A DNA stretch of 64,000 nt, taken from positions 96,001 through 160,000 of IMG/VR virus record IMGVR_UViG_3300020477_001012; one strand, 5' to 3'. This document shows, one piece after another, positions 1-10,243 of the stretch. The notes under the pieces are model-generated. The model made no database searches. It worked only from the letters and a program-made list of their open reading frames with translations, and had not been told where the DNA came from. The stretch's first letter is position 1; every line of letters starts with the position of its first letter. Both the position numbers and the translations under genes were made by a program. Origin of the DNA: a virus.

Positions 1-381
1 TTCTTGTGCCCGTCTCATGGAGAGGCTTGGTCCATTCCGTCGTTTGACGCCATGGCGTTTGGTAGTACGCCAATATGTAGCAACTTTGGAGGCCCCAGAG
101 AGTTTATTTCCGATGATGACAACACAGGGAAGTGTATTGATGGGGTTTATAGCGTGTGCAAGTGTTCCGATGCTGCTTTTCCAGACATGTTTACCGCCCG
201 TGAGTATTGGTTCTCACCATGCGAAAAAAAGATAAGAGAACAGATGCGGACGTACTACAATAGATACAAGTCAAACCCAATCAAATATAAGGCTCAAGCT
301 CAATCTGCGGGCATGAAAAGCGCCCAAAGGTTCTCATACGACATTATCGGAGAACAGATAAAGGGACTACTGAATGACTAA
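1..381 (+). CDS. Glycosyltransferase family 4 (GT-B), C-terminal part; 5' end lies outside the window
   Basis: HGEAWSIPSFDAMAFG matches the GT4 E-x7-E/D (EGFGLPxxEAMAxG) donor-binding motif; frame is open to position 1. Confidence 0.8.
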   Translation, partial: FLCPSHGEAWSIPSFDAMAFGSTPICSNFGGPREFISDDDNTGKCIDGVYSVCKCSDAAFPDMFTAREYWFSPCEKKIREQMRTYYNRYKSNPIKYKAQAQSAGMKSAQRFSYDIIGEQIKGLLND

Positions 382-1369
382 TAAAACCATTTCAATTATT
401 AATAAAGCCAATAGGGTGAAAGAGAAATATGACATATTAACTTTTGATACCCATGAAAGATATCAGACACAGCTCTGTAAGACGGGGCACAATTTTTATT
501 CATTTAGGTACGATGACTGCAAAGAGTGGGATGATACATATGCCCCAAAACCCAGCAACCATTACGTGCTTCCCAAGAACTCCATACTGAATGGCATTGA
601 CTTTGATTTTATTTTGAGTCAAAGTAAGTTTGGGCAGTTTCAGGTTTCACAACAGATAAACCAGACGTTAAGAATCCCCGTAGTGTCTTTGGAGCACACA
701 CTTCCTATTCCTAGCTGGCCCGCAGACCAAACCAATGCTTTCAGGCATATGCTTGGGGATATTAATGTCTTTATCTCTGAGTATTCAGTTGACAAGTGGG
801 ACATACAGGGTGATTACGAAGGCCCCTTTGTTGTTCACCACTCAGTGGACTCCGAGACATTCCAACCAATGGACATCGAAAAAAAACCGGTAGTTCTCAG
901 TGTGGTTAACGACTTTGTTAACAGAGACTACTGTTGCAACTATAGTGGCTGGCAGCGTATCACAGAGAACTTTGAAACAAGACTGGTCGGAAAAACAGAA
1001 GGATTATCCAAACCAGCCGCTTCAGTTAAAGAGTTGGCTGAGGAATATAATACGGCACAAATCTTTTTGAACACATCCACAATTAGCCCAGTCCCAACCT
1101 GCCTGCTTGAGGCCATGTCTTGTGGGTCTGCTGTGGTAACTACCGCAACATGCATGATACCTGAAATAATTGAAAACGGTGTCAATGGGTTTATGTCAAA
1201 CGACGAAGAGGAATTAAAAGGGTATATTAAACAATTGTTAGACGACGAGGACTTAAGAAACAAGATGGGCAAAGCGGCCAGAGAAACTATTTTGACTGAT
1301 TTTTCAGAAAGCAAGTTCATCGATACATGGAACAATATTTTTGACAAAGCTCATGGAGTTATTATATGA
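374..1369 (+). CDS. Glycosyltransferase family 4 (Glycos_transf_1)
   Basis: C-terminal FLNTS..SPVPTCLLEAMSCG...EIIENGVNGF...LRNKMGKAARE is typical of GT4. Confidence 0.85.
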   Translation: MTNKTISIINKANRVKEKYDILTFDTHERYQTQLCKTGHNFYSFRYDDCKEWDDTYAPKPSNHYVLPKNSILNGIDFDFILSQSKFGQFQVSQQINQTLRIPVVSLEHTLPIPSWPADQTNAFRHMLGDINVFISEYSVDKWDIQGDYEGPFVVHHSVDSETFQPMDIEKKPVVLSVVNDFVNRDYCCNYSGWQRITENFETRLVGKTEGLSKPAASVKELAEEYNTAQIFLNTSTISPVPTCLLEAMSCGSAVVTTATCMIPEIIENGVNGFMSNDEEELKGYIKQLLDDEDLRNKMGKAARETILTDFSESKFIDTWNNIFDKAHGVII

Positions 1370-1782
1370 AATTACACATTGTTAAACCGGGTCAAGAGTC
1401 CATCGAAAACTATACGAGGGTTGAAGCCTCTCCCAATTCCTTGGATATATCTACGGTGTCCGATAATGAATGCACCTCTATCGTGGCTAATGATATATTG
1501 GATCTTTTTAGCATTGATAATATCCCCAAGGTTTTGGAGCATCTGGCCACTAAAATGCGCATGGGGGGAGATCTGGTAATAGGCGGAACAGACGTTAGAC
1601 TGTTTTGTAAATATGTTATCAACGATCAGGTAGACGAGCTATCCGCTGCCCAGTTAATTGGCGTCTGCGAATCAATGACCACATGCGATCAAATTTCTAA
1701 TACTCTGCAATCTTTGGGTTTAAGGATCGCATCTTCTCAAATAAATGGCATGCACTACGAGATTAAAGTAACGAGAGGATAA
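1366..1782 (+). CDS. Hypothetical protein, truncated or degenerate class I methyltransferase-like
   Basis: DNECTSIVANDILDLF..IPKVLEHLATKMRMGGDLVI resembles the Methyltransf_11 post-motif-II region; no GxGxG motif I; ATGA overlap with the upstream gene. Confidence 0.45.
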   Translation: MKLHIVKPGQESIENYTRVEASPNSLDISTVSDNECTSIVANDILDLFSIDNIPKVLEHLATKMRMGGDLVIGGTDVRLFCKYVINDQVDELSAAQLIGVCESMTTCDQISNTLQSLGLRIASSQINGMHYEIKVTRG

Positions 1783-1784
1783 AT

Positions 1785-2555
1785 ATGGATTGTGCTGGTT
1801 GCATATTTGCGGAGCTGGAGCAAGCTGAAAATGGGAATGATACCCAGACAGGTTGCAGCGTGTCTAGATTAAATGAAGATTGTACCATTATAGTAGATAC
1901 GGGTTTTTACAAGTTGCCACGAGTATGCAACATGAAAAGGGGTGAAGACTGGCTAAAGACAAAGTGCGACCCCAAATATAATGAGTATCACGCAACGGAG
2001 ATAGCCAGAAAAGAGGTGGAGCCTACTTTTGGTATAGTTGTATATGAGTACGATGATGGACAAAATGACATTCACAAAACAATAGAGAGTATTCGAGGGG
2101 CAGATTACAACAAAAATAAAATCACCATACTGTGGTCTACCACCGAACTTACAATGAGGCGTCGGGAAATATACCTCATAGATGCAGTTAAGGCTATTCA
2201 ATCTTTGAAGGTGGATGGATATGACGCTTGGCTTAGCTTATTCAAAGAAGAAGACAACGTCACCCTAAGAGACAAAGAGTGCTTCTCTAAATTAGTAAAT
2301 CGCTCTCACTGGATCAAGATACGATGCGGAGACATACTACCAAAATACGCCCTGAAGCATGTAGATCATTCCGTTAACGAGAAGCAAGAAACCATCGCTC
2401 TTTTCGAGGATGCCGGGCAAACATTTTCTATCATTCCCGCTAGTGTCGCAAGGCTGAAATATTTAGGCTACAATGATTATGACTTAATGGTTGACGCCAT
2501 TAGAGAGGAAAGTCATAAAGAAGGTTTACATACGGAACTAAATGAAACGAAATAA
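1785..2555 (+). CDS. Hypothetical protein (Cys-containing N-terminus, possible degenerate GT-A domain)
   Basis: 256-aa ORF with SD; TFGIVVY...IHKTIESI resembles a GT2 start but no DxD motif is recognisable. Confidence 0.45.
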   Translation: MDCAGCIFAELEQAENGNDTQTGCSVSRLNEDCTIIVDTGFYKLPRVCNMKRGEDWLKTKCDPKYNEYHATEIARKEVEPTFGIVVYEYDDGQNDIHKTIESIRGADYNKNKITILWSTTELTMRRREIYLIDAVKAIQSLKVDGYDAWLSLFKEEDNVTLRDKECFSKLVNRSHWIKIRCGDILPKYALKHVDHSVNEKQETIALFEDAGQTFSIIPASVARLKYLGYNDYDLMVDAIREESHKEGLHTELNETK

Positions 2556-3288
2556 GAAATATATAACTAGCCCCAAGAGTAAAACTGGCAAGGACGAGCG
2601 CGGAGACTTGGTTTCCGTGGTTCTGCTAAGTGAAAACCATGGGTATAGAATGAAATCTTATGGGCCTATTTCATTGGTTCAAGTCGGGGGAAAGAGCCTC
2701 ATTGAGCGTCAAATAGAATCTATTCAGGCGGCATTTTTAAACTTTGAAATAATATTGTGCTCTGGTTTTGAAACCGAAAAGATTGTCAACTTTGTCAAGG
2801 ACAAATATTATGACGTAAATATTAGGGTGGTGGAGAATCAAGTACACTACAATTCCAATTGCTGCGAAAGCGCTAGGCTGTGTATTAACAATACTACCAA
2901 TAACAAGATATTGCTATGCGGCGGAAGCGTATTGATACATCCAACACACTTGGAAATGATAGACCTACAGCAATCGTCTATTGTGACGCAAGATGAAAAC
3001 TCCAATTCTTCATTTGAAGTCGGTGTGATTCACAACCAAAAAAATAGACTAGAGACACTGTCTTTAGGGGTAAAATTTAACTACTGGACAGAGATAGTCT
3101 ACCTATCTGATGAAAAAATCATAAGAGCGATATATTCCATAGTGTCTAATCCCGAATACAAGAACAGATTTGTGTTTGAGGCGATTAATGAGCTTTCCTC
3201 TAAGCATGACATACGAGTTTTAAATAACCACCAGACGCCGCTTCGCAAGGTGGATAACCTCAAAACACTGAAAAGGATGCAAGACTAA
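2542..3288 (+). CDS. Sugar nucleotidyltransferase-like protein (NTP_transferase fold, degenerate signature)
   Basis: VVLLSENHGYRMKSYGPISLVQVGGKSLIERQIE aligns to ILAAGxGxRM...PKxLL..GKxLI. Confidence 0.7.
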   Translation: MKRNKKYITSPKSKTGKDERGDLVSVVLLSENHGYRMKSYGPISLVQVGGKSLIERQIESIQAAFLNFEIILCSGFETEKIVNFVKDKYYDVNIRVVENQVHYNSNCCESARLCINNTTNNKILLCGGSVLIHPTHLEMIDLQQSSIVTQDENSNSSFEVGVIHNQKNRLETLSLGVKFNYWTEIVYLSDEKIIRAIYSIVSNPEYKNRFVFEAINELSSKHDIRVLNNHQTPLRKVDNLKTLKRMQD

Positions 3289-4166
3289 TGAAAACCTTGA
3301 TACACAATTATTCATCGGGCATGACTACTGAGCCGATGTATTTCAATAGGTGCCTTGAATTGTGCGAGACCCCAACGCACCTGTGGGCAAATGAAGTCAG
3401 CGCATTTGATATGTTTGATGCTACTCAACCAGATGTGTTCATAAGTCACTATGCAATGTTAACCAACGATATTGTTAAATATCTTAGCCAAAATAAGAAG
3501 ATTAGCACCGTGTTAAATGTGACGGGGGCAAATAATCAAGAGCTGCAAACAATCGAACAGGTTTTTTTGGACAACAAGATGAACATCCCGTTCGTGTTTA
3601 CTAACCACCATGACTCTCTTTACAAACACAAAACCAAACAAATAAAAATGGTCAACATATGGCCTTCGGTCGACATATTTTTGCCTCGTAATCCCTTGCC
3701 TGATTTTAAAATAAACTTGGCGGTGCTAGCAACAGAGATGAGTGATCTGGTTAAAAGAGCAATCGCTTCCAAGGACACGTATCACCTGTTGTCATTGTCG
3801 GGTGACGCAGAAGGGTTTGATCTTGCAGTCAATGTGCAATCTTTGGGTAACATGTACGACAAATACGACGAAGTTATGATAGCGTCGGATGTAGATACAG
3901 TGTTTTCTCAGGTGCTTTTCGAGGCCGCCTTAAGCGCAAAGAAATTGTCGATAAGAGTCAACAAGCAGCAGCAGGGGACACTAGATAAGGTTTTGGCGTC
4001 ACTCTTTCATGACGACGGAAACAAGGATGTAGGCAGTCTGGTAAAGCAACAAATAAAAAGAAAACACACCTGTGTTAACAGGGCCGCCAGACTATGCAGA
4101 TTACTAAAAAATGAAGATGCGGCCAAGCGGCTTGGAAAACTTGGAGAGCAGCTATGCGAACAGTAG
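3288..4166 (+). CDS. Hypothetical protein, possibly a degenerate CgeB/Glyco_trans_1_2-like protein
   Basis: C-terminal KHTCVNRAARL resembles the HTYxxRAxxL end of CgeB-type glycosyltransferases. Confidence 0.45.
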   Translation: MKTLIHNYSSGMTTEPMYFNRCLELCETPTHLWANEVSAFDMFDATQPDVFISHYAMLTNDIVKYLSQNKKISTVLNVTGANNQELQTIEQVFLDNKMNIPFVFTNHHDSLYKHKTKQIKMVNIWPSVDIFLPRNPLPDFKINLAVLATEMSDLVKRAIASKDTYHLLSLSGDAEGFDLAVNVQSLGNMYDKYDEVMIASDVDTVFSQVLFEAALSAKKLSIRVNKQQQGTLDKVLASLFHDDGNKDVGSLVKQQIKRKHTCVNRAARLCRLLKNEDAAKRLGKLGEQLCEQ

Positions 4167-5050
4167 TAACAGGTGGATGCGGATTTATTGGGTCACACCT
4201 AGTAGACAGGTTGATAGACCAAGGCCATGAAGTTATGGTCATCGATGATGAATCATCTGACGCTCATGACAATTTTTATTATAACAATGATGCCGAGTAT
4301 ATCTGGTATGACATTGCTAACTATCACCAGATAGAACATTTGTTTGAAGGTGTAGACTACGTATTTCACCTTGCAGCCGAGGCTAGGATACAGCCAGCAA
4401 TCGAAAATCCTACCTTAGCGGTTAGAACGAATGTGACAGGAACCTGCAATGTCTTGCAGGCATCTAGACAGCATGGCGTCAAAAGGGTCATGTACTCTTC
4501 AACTTCATCAGCCTATGGATTAATCAATGAGCCTCCCCTGCTGGAGACAATGCCGAGGGACTGTCTAAACCCGTATTCGGTCTCTAAGTGCGCTGGAGAA
4601 GATTTATGTAGAATGTACTGGGATCTTTTCGGGTTGGAGACTATTATATTTAGGTACTTTAATGTGTATGGAGAAAGACAACCCACTAAAGGTCAGTATG
4701 CTCCGGTTATCGGGGTCTTTCAGCGTCAAATATCTGAGGGAAAACCGATGACAGTGGTTGGAGATGGATTGCAAACTAGAGACTACGTACATGTATCCGA
4801 CGTTGTTAACGCCAATATTTTAGCCTCACAGGTAAACTACCCGGAGGCCATTGGGCAGGTGTTTAACATTGGTACTGGAACCAGCCACAGTGTAATTGAC
4901 TTAGCAGACATGATGGGAGGCACCAACGCGCAGGTTGTTCACGTAGAGCAGAGGCCCGGAGAAGCAAGGCACACGGCGGCAAATATTTTTAAAGCGCAGC
5001 GAATCTTGGGGTGGCACCCCGAGATAAGATTGGAGGACTGGCTAACATGA
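4154..5050 (+). CDS. NAD-dependent nucleotide-sugar epimerase/dehydratase (UDP-Glc(NAc) 4-epimerase-like)
   Basis: VTGGCGFIGSH, HLAA, SSTSSAYG, YSVSK, RYFNVYG and GDGLQTRD motifs. Confidence 0.9.
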   Translation: MRTVVTGGCGFIGSHLVDRLIDQGHEVMVIDDESSDAHDNFYYNNDAEYIWYDIANYHQIEHLFEGVDYVFHLAAEARIQPAIENPTLAVRTNVTGTCNVLQASRQHGVKRVMYSSTSSAYGLINEPPLLETMPRDCLNPYSVSKCAGEDLCRMYWDLFGLETIIFRYFNVYGERQPTKGQYAPVIGVFQRQISEGKPMTVVGDGLQTRDYVHVSDVVNANILASQVNYPEAIGQVFNIGTGTSHSVIDLADMMGGTNAQVVHVEQRPGEARHTAANIFKAQRILGWHPEIRLEDWLT

Positions 5051-5781
5051 AATTCCTGATTCAATTCCCAACACTAAAAAGGCCAGACAAGTTTCTGGGT
5101 GTTTTAAACAAATACGTAAACAAGGCTAGCGGGCATTGGTACGATAACAAACGTAGCCCTATAGCGCTGTTCTTTAATATCAACTGCGACTTTGACGACG
5201 CAAGCATGAACAATACTTTTATGAAGAATAGGATAAAGCAGGTTTTCTTAAACAATGTCCACGCTGATTACCGAATACACTACGACAAAAATACTGACAA
5301 GATTAGCGCCATCAACGCTCATATAGATAGCGTGGATTTTGATGTTGTGATCTGCGCGTCAGACGACATGGTGCCGCAGGTGAACAATTGGGATTTTGAG
5401 ATCGCTGACGCTATGCAAGAATTTTTTCCAGACCTCGATGGTTGTGTTCATTTTAACGACGGCCACACTAACGGCAAATTAATCACCTTCTCGATTTTAG
5501 GCAGTAAACTTTACAATCGCTTTGGATATATTTATCATCCAGACTATAAGAGTTTGTACTGTGACAACGAATTCACGCAGGAAGTGACTAGGATGGATAA
5601 GGTGCAGTATGTAGACAAGGTCATTGTCAAACATGAGCATTATGGCGAAGAGGGTAACGAAAACTCTGGGGACTTTGACTTTGCCGCCCAAAAAACCTTG
5701 CACTACTCAGGTAGAGATGGGCAGGTGTTTCAGTTACGTCAGGGCAGAGGATTCCCAAAGGAAAGAATTACATTAGACTAA
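5047..5781 (+). CDS. Glycosyltransferase, GT2/GT-A fold
   Basis: FPTLKRP start, SDD metal motif, YCDNEF and KHEH; start moved to ATG 5047 (ATGA overlap). Confidence 0.75.
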   Translation: MKFLIQFPTLKRPDKFLGVLNKYVNKASGHWYDNKRSPIALFFNINCDFDDASMNNTFMKNRIKQVFLNNVHADYRIHYDKNTDKISAINAHIDSVDFDVVICASDDMVPQVNNWDFEIADAMQEFFPDLDGCVHFNDGHTNGKLITFSILGSKLYNRFGYIYHPDYKSLYCDNEFTQEVTRMDKVQYVDKVIVKHEHYGEEGNENSGDFDFAAQKTLHYSGRDGQVFQLRQGRGFPKERITLD

Positions 5782-5793
5782 AGGGCTAATCAA

Positions 5794-6447
5794 ATGGAAA
5801 TACTTGGTCAATTGCCGCAAATATTAGATCAGCTAAAGCAGCGCGGTAGATTTTTAAACGTGCGCGGATGCATACATATCGGTGCCCACGAGGGGCAGGA
5901 ATACCCCCTATACAAACATTTCAACATTCGCAACCTTCTATTCTATGAGGCCCTGCCAGATAATTTTCAAAAACTCAAGAGTAACGTTTCTGGAGACATG
6001 TCAATAGACATTAGAAATATTGCGTTAGGTAATACTTCCGGCACCGTAGAGATGTACCTTGAGGATCGCGGCCTATCTTCATCTGTCTTGCCGCCCAAGC
6101 ATCACCTAGAGCAATACCCACAGATTGCCTTTGAGGAAAAGGCGACCGTAAATATCACACGTCTTGACGACGAAGAGTTTGACAGGCTGAAATACAATTT
6201 CATCAATATTGATGTCCAAGGTTATGAAATGGAAGTTTTTAAGGGGGCCACAGACACCTTAAAGCACATAGACCTTATTATTACCGAAATCAACAAAGAA
6301 GAAATGTACGAAGGCTGTGCCCTAGTAGAAGATATGGATGCATTTTTATCTACACATGGGTTTTCCCGCATAGCTACTTACTGGCAGCAAGACGGAGGGA
6401 CTTGGGGAGACGGGCTATATCTAAAGGCTAGCAAGGAGCTACAGTGA
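5794..6447 (+). CDS. FkbM family methyltransferase
   Basis: HIGAHEG, YEAL, NIALG, NIDVQGYEMEVFKG and WGDGLY motifs. Confidence 0.9.
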   Translation: MEILGQLPQILDQLKQRGRFLNVRGCIHIGAHEGQEYPLYKHFNIRNLLFYEALPDNFQKLKSNVSGDMSIDIRNIALGNTSGTVEMYLEDRGLSSSVLPPKHHLEQYPQIAFEEKATVNITRLDDEEFDRLKYNFINIDVQGYEMEVFKGATDTLKHIDLIITEINKEEMYEGCALVEDMDAFLSTHGFSRIATYWQQDGGTWGDGLYLKASKELQ

Positions 6448-7313
6448 CCCATATATGCTGCGTTTCAGATTACAGCTTCTTGCCAAGAGGACTTGCTTTG
6501 TATGAGTCCCTGTCTAAGTATAATCCAGACTTTTATTTGCACTACCTATGCATAGATAAGCAAACACATGAGCGTCTGCAAGGCGAGAATGACAGGATTG
6601 TGCCTTATGATCTAAACGACTTTTTATCAAGAGACGAGGCGCTACTCAGCTTAAAGGAAAGCGACTACAGATATTTTTGCTGGACGCTCGCATCTTACTT
6701 TACAGATTTCTTGGTTGGGAACCTACAAGAAGATGTTACGTATATAGACAGCGATATTTATTTTTACAGCAGCATACACAGCGTGATTGCAGAGATCGGA
6801 CAAAAAGACATAGGGCTATTTCGGCATAGGCAAAACCCACTAGAGGTGCCAAACGGAAACGGTTGGTTTAATGTTGGAGTTGTTCACTTTAAAAACACCC
6901 ACATCTCTACTGAAGCTTTAGCATGGTGGAAGGACGCAGTTCTACACAAGAAACACCCAGAATTGGCCACATGTGGAGATCAAAGGTATCTAGACGCCTT
7001 TGTGCAATTAGATAAAAAGCACTTGTTTATAGAGGGCGACATAGGACATGGTTCTCCTTGGGAATGGCAGCTTTATAATTTTGATTCATATGATATAGAT
7101 GGATGTATTACGTGGGGTGATAAAAAAGAGAAGCTGGTGTTCAGTCACTTTTCACAGTTTGAATACTCTATAGAAGAGGAAAGCTATACCCCTTCAACTA
7201 CCCATTATTGTTTTACCCCCTTGGATATGTATAGTAGTATTCCACAGCTCAAGTCGATCCACGATGATTACTTTGGGCACATAAAGAAAATCCACAAGGA
7301 GTACAACTTATGA
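6444..7313 (+). CDS. Glycosyltransferase, GT-A fold (GT8/nucleotide-diphospho-sugar transferase-like)
   Basis: YIDSDIYF DxD motif, FNVGVV and GDQRYLD; GTG start overlapping the upstream stop. Confidence 0.8.
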   Translation: MTHICCVSDYSFLPRGLALYESLSKYNPDFYLHYLCIDKQTHERLQGENDRIVPYDLNDFLSRDEALLSLKESDYRYFCWTLASYFTDFLVGNLQEDVTYIDSDIYFYSSIHSVIAEIGQKDIGLFRHRQNPLEVPNGNGWFNVGVVHFKNTHISTEALAWWKDAVLHKKHPELATCGDQRYLDAFVQLDKKHLFIEGDIGHGSPWEWQLYNFDSYDIDGCITWGDKKEKLVFSHFSQFEYSIEEESYTPSTTHYCFTPLDMYSSIPQLKSIHDDYFGHIKKIHKEYNL

Positions 7314-8203
7314 TTTTTACGGTAACGGGTGGCAGAGGGTTTATCGGAAGTCATTTTGTAGATCGGGTGCTCAACGATGGGCATCAGGTAATAGATATAG
7401 ATAAAATGACCTATGCATCAAATTCAGTTTTGCCTTGGGATAATAACCCTAAATATACACATATAAAAGAGGACATATGTGATTTAAAACACATACCGGT
7501 GTGCGATGTGCTCGTAAACTTTGCGGCGGAATCTCATGTAGACAATTCCATAGAGGCTCCCAAGGTGTTCCTGAGATCCAACGTAGAGGGTGTGTTTAAT
7601 ATCCTTAGTCTTCTTAGAGCAAAGGTGTATCAGAAGCCCAAATTTATCCATATAAGCACAGACGAAGTGTATGGCGATGTTAATGAAGGCAAGAAGACAG
7701 AAGACAGTATTCTGAATCCCAGCAACCCATACTCGGCAACCAAGGCTGCTGCGGAGATGCTTATACTCGCCTATGCTCGCACCTTTGATATTGACTACCA
7801 AATAGTTAGGAGCACTAACAATTACGGCCCCCGGCAATACCCAGAGAAGTTAATACCAAGAATTTTACACTGCCTTGATACCGGTCAGAAAATACCACTA
7901 CATGGCGATGGGTCATATGTCAGAGACTGGTTGTTTGTGGAAGATAATGCCAATGCTATATACAAAATTTGCCAAACTGACCGCATGAACGAGATATGGA
8001 ATATATCCACATACAATTACATGAGAAACATAGAGGTTGTAAAAGAAATCTGTCGGTGGCACGGGATAGAAGGTTATCACGATCATATCGAGTTTATAGA
8101 AAACAGAATGGGCCAAGATTACAGGTATTCCATTTGCTCCGAAAAAACTAGGACTCAACTGGATTGGCTTCCAGAAAAAAAGTCACTATTCAAATTCATT
8201 TGA
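7310..8203 (+). CDS. rfbB: dTDP-glucose 4,6-dehydratase
   Basis: VTGGRGFIGS, DKMTYA, FAAESHVDNSI, HISTDEVYG, PYSATKA and NNYGPRQYPEKLIP. Confidence 0.93.
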   Translation: MIFTVTGGRGFIGSHFVDRVLNDGHQVIDIDKMTYASNSVLPWDNNPKYTHIKEDICDLKHIPVCDVLVNFAAESHVDNSIEAPKVFLRSNVEGVFNILSLLRAKVYQKPKFIHISTDEVYGDVNEGKKTEDSILNPSNPYSATKAAAEMLILAYARTFDIDYQIVRSTNNYGPRQYPEKLIPRILHCLDTGQKIPLHGDGSYVRDWLFVEDNANAIYKICQTDRMNEIWNISTYNYMRNIEVVKEICRWHGIEGYHDHIEFIENRMGQDYRYSICSEKTRTQLDWLPEKKSLFKFI

Positions 8204-8210
8204 GGTTATT

Positions 8211-9104
8211 ATGAAAATTGCATTCGGAATGATAGTGTTCGAGGGGGACTATGTCCTTAAGGAATGTCTAGAACAGGTATATCCATTTGCGGAACAGATC
8301 TTAATAGCAGAGGGACCAGTAGAGTTCTGGCAGCGCCAAGGTAGGACAACTTCCACAGATGAAACCAACAAGATTCTGGATGAATTCCCAGACCCCGAAA
8401 ATAAAATCAGAATTACGCATGGACAATTCTCAGAAAAGGATGACCAGTGCAAGGCTTACATGTCGTTTATTAATGACGATATAGATTACATTTGGAACTT
8501 GGACTCAGACGAGATCTATAAATCAGAAGACCTTAAGAAAATAATTGCCTTCTTAGAGGCCGAAAGGCCCACTAGTGTCGGGGTTAGAAGCTGCTCATTT
8601 TACGGCGGAATAGACCACTACCTCACTGGCTTTGAATTGGCCACTGATAATTTCTTAAGAATATTTAAATATGAAAAAGGGTCTACTTGGCTAACGCACC
8701 GACCCCCCACCATTCAATATCCCCCAGATAGCACAGTAGTCAAGAAGCATGTAGATAGTGACACTCTATACGAGGCCCTCGGCGTTCAAATGTACCACTA
8801 CTCATACGTGTTTCCAGACCAAGTATACAGAAAAGTTTCCTATTACAAAGACAGCGTATCTAAGGAACTGTGTATTGATAACTATTTCAATACTATATAT
8901 CTCCCTTGGGTTGTGGGTAATGATCGCGTGGCGATAGAGGACAAGTACTGGGGCGTTCACGAATTTAAACCTTCCGTCAGGGGGGAATGCAGAACAGAAC
9001 GGTTTACTGGTACTCATCCCCAGAGTATTATCAACAATGTGAAGACCCTCTCGAATAAGTTCCGTTCGCAATTAACTAAATACACAAAGGTGAGTGAACA
9101 ATGA
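8211..9104 (+). CDS. Glycosyltransferase, GT2-like
   Basis: N-terminal beta strand followed by LKECLE; WNLDSDE DxD motif; MYHYSYV. Confidence 0.75.
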   Translation: MKIAFGMIVFEGDYVLKECLEQVYPFAEQILIAEGPVEFWQRQGRTTSTDETNKILDEFPDPENKIRITHGQFSEKDDQCKAYMSFINDDIDYIWNLDSDEIYKSEDLKKIIAFLEAERPTSVGVRSCSFYGGIDHYLTGFELATDNFLRIFKYEKGSTWLTHRPPTIQYPPDSTVVKKHVDSDTLYEALGVQMYHYSYVFPDQVYRKVSYYKDSVSKELCIDNYFNTIYLPWVVGNDRVAIEDKYWGVHEFKPSVRGECRTERFTGTHPQSIINNVKTLSNKFRSQLTKYTKVSEQ

Positions 9105-10228
9105 ACACAAGTATCAAAATTAATATAGTCAGGCCGTTTTTGCCTGCGATAGACGAGATATTTCATGATCTTAAAGAGTGCCTAGATAGTGGTATGGTCA
9201 CCAATAACTCGAAACACGTCGTTAATCTGGAACAGCGGTTACAAGAGTATTTTGACTCCAAACTAAAGCCTTTATGTTTTTGCAATGGTGAAATGGCTTT
9301 ATTCAATCTGATACAAGCGCATAAATTAAAGATGGGCTACGGACCACATGATAGCTTTAATGTTCTGGTGCCTTCTCTGACTTTCTCTGGCACACTTAAT
9401 GCCATATTAATGAACAATCTCAAGCCAGTCTTTTGTGACGTTGATGATACGCTAACCATCGACCTAAGTAAAGCTGAGTTCGATGACGTGAAAATGATCG
9501 TCTTGGTTGGTGCTTATGGTAATTTACCCGACGTAGACCTTTTGTCTAGCATGGTAAACGAGCATGAGCTAGACGTAATATTTGATAATGCTCCAGCATT
9601 TGGTTCAACCTATAAGGGTAAATTTGTTTCTAATTATGGATATAGCGAAATTTTCAGTTTCCATGCATCCAAAATAATGAACAGTATGGAAGGCGGAACC
9701 GCCATAACTAGTGATGAAGACGTATGGAGCACATTATACAAACTGCGAGATTTTGGTCAATACGAAAAAGTTAGAGGAAATGTTGATGTCGCTGGCCTAA
9801 ACTCAAAGATGCAAGAGGTATCAGCTCTGGTCGGTTTAAAGAACTTAGAAAAAATAGACCTAATCGTAGATAAGCGTACCCAAAACGTACAAAGATACAG
9901 CGATTTCTTTGAAAACTTTGGAGACGAGATTGACACTATGTCAATTAGAGATGATGTTTTTTGCACATACTTATATTACCCCATCATCCTAAAGGAAGAG
10001 GCTACCGAGTTTGTTGACTATATGCAGAGTAATGGGGTGGTTGCCCGCAGATATTATACGGCAGTACATTTATTGGATTTGTATAGAGACAAATACAAAA
10101 CCCAAGATTTGAGTTTTACAAACAGCGTCAAAGATAGGCTGGTCGCCCTACCAATCCACACGATCATGAATGATGACGAGATAAATCACTTATTTGAGAC
10201 CGTGAGTAACTTTTTTAAGAGAAGCTAG
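9101..10228 (+). CDS. DegT/DnrJ/EryC1/StrS family PLP-dependent sugar aminotransferase (VioA-like)
   Basis: PSLTF, PVFCDVD, DNAPAFG, FSFHASK (catalytic Lys), EGG, GLNSKM and LPIH. Confidence 0.92.
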   Translation: MNTSIKINIVRPFLPAIDEIFHDLKECLDSGMVTNNSKHVVNLEQRLQEYFDSKLKPLCFCNGEMALFNLIQAHKLKMGYGPHDSFNVLVPSLTFSGTLNAILMNNLKPVFCDVDDTLTIDLSKAEFDDVKMIVLVGAYGNLPDVDLLSSMVNEHELDVIFDNAPAFGSTYKGKFVSNYGYSEIFSFHASKIMNSMEGGTAITSDEDVWSTLYKLRDFGQYEKVRGNVDVAGLNSKMQEVSALVGLKNLEKIDLIVDKRTQNVQRYSDFFENFGDEIDTMSIRDDVFCTYLYYPIILKEEATEFVDYMQSNGVVARRYYTAVHLLDLYRDKYKTQDLSFTNSVKDRLVALPIHTIMNDDEINHLFETVSNFFKRS

Positions 10229-10243
10229 AGAGGAACATAGATA

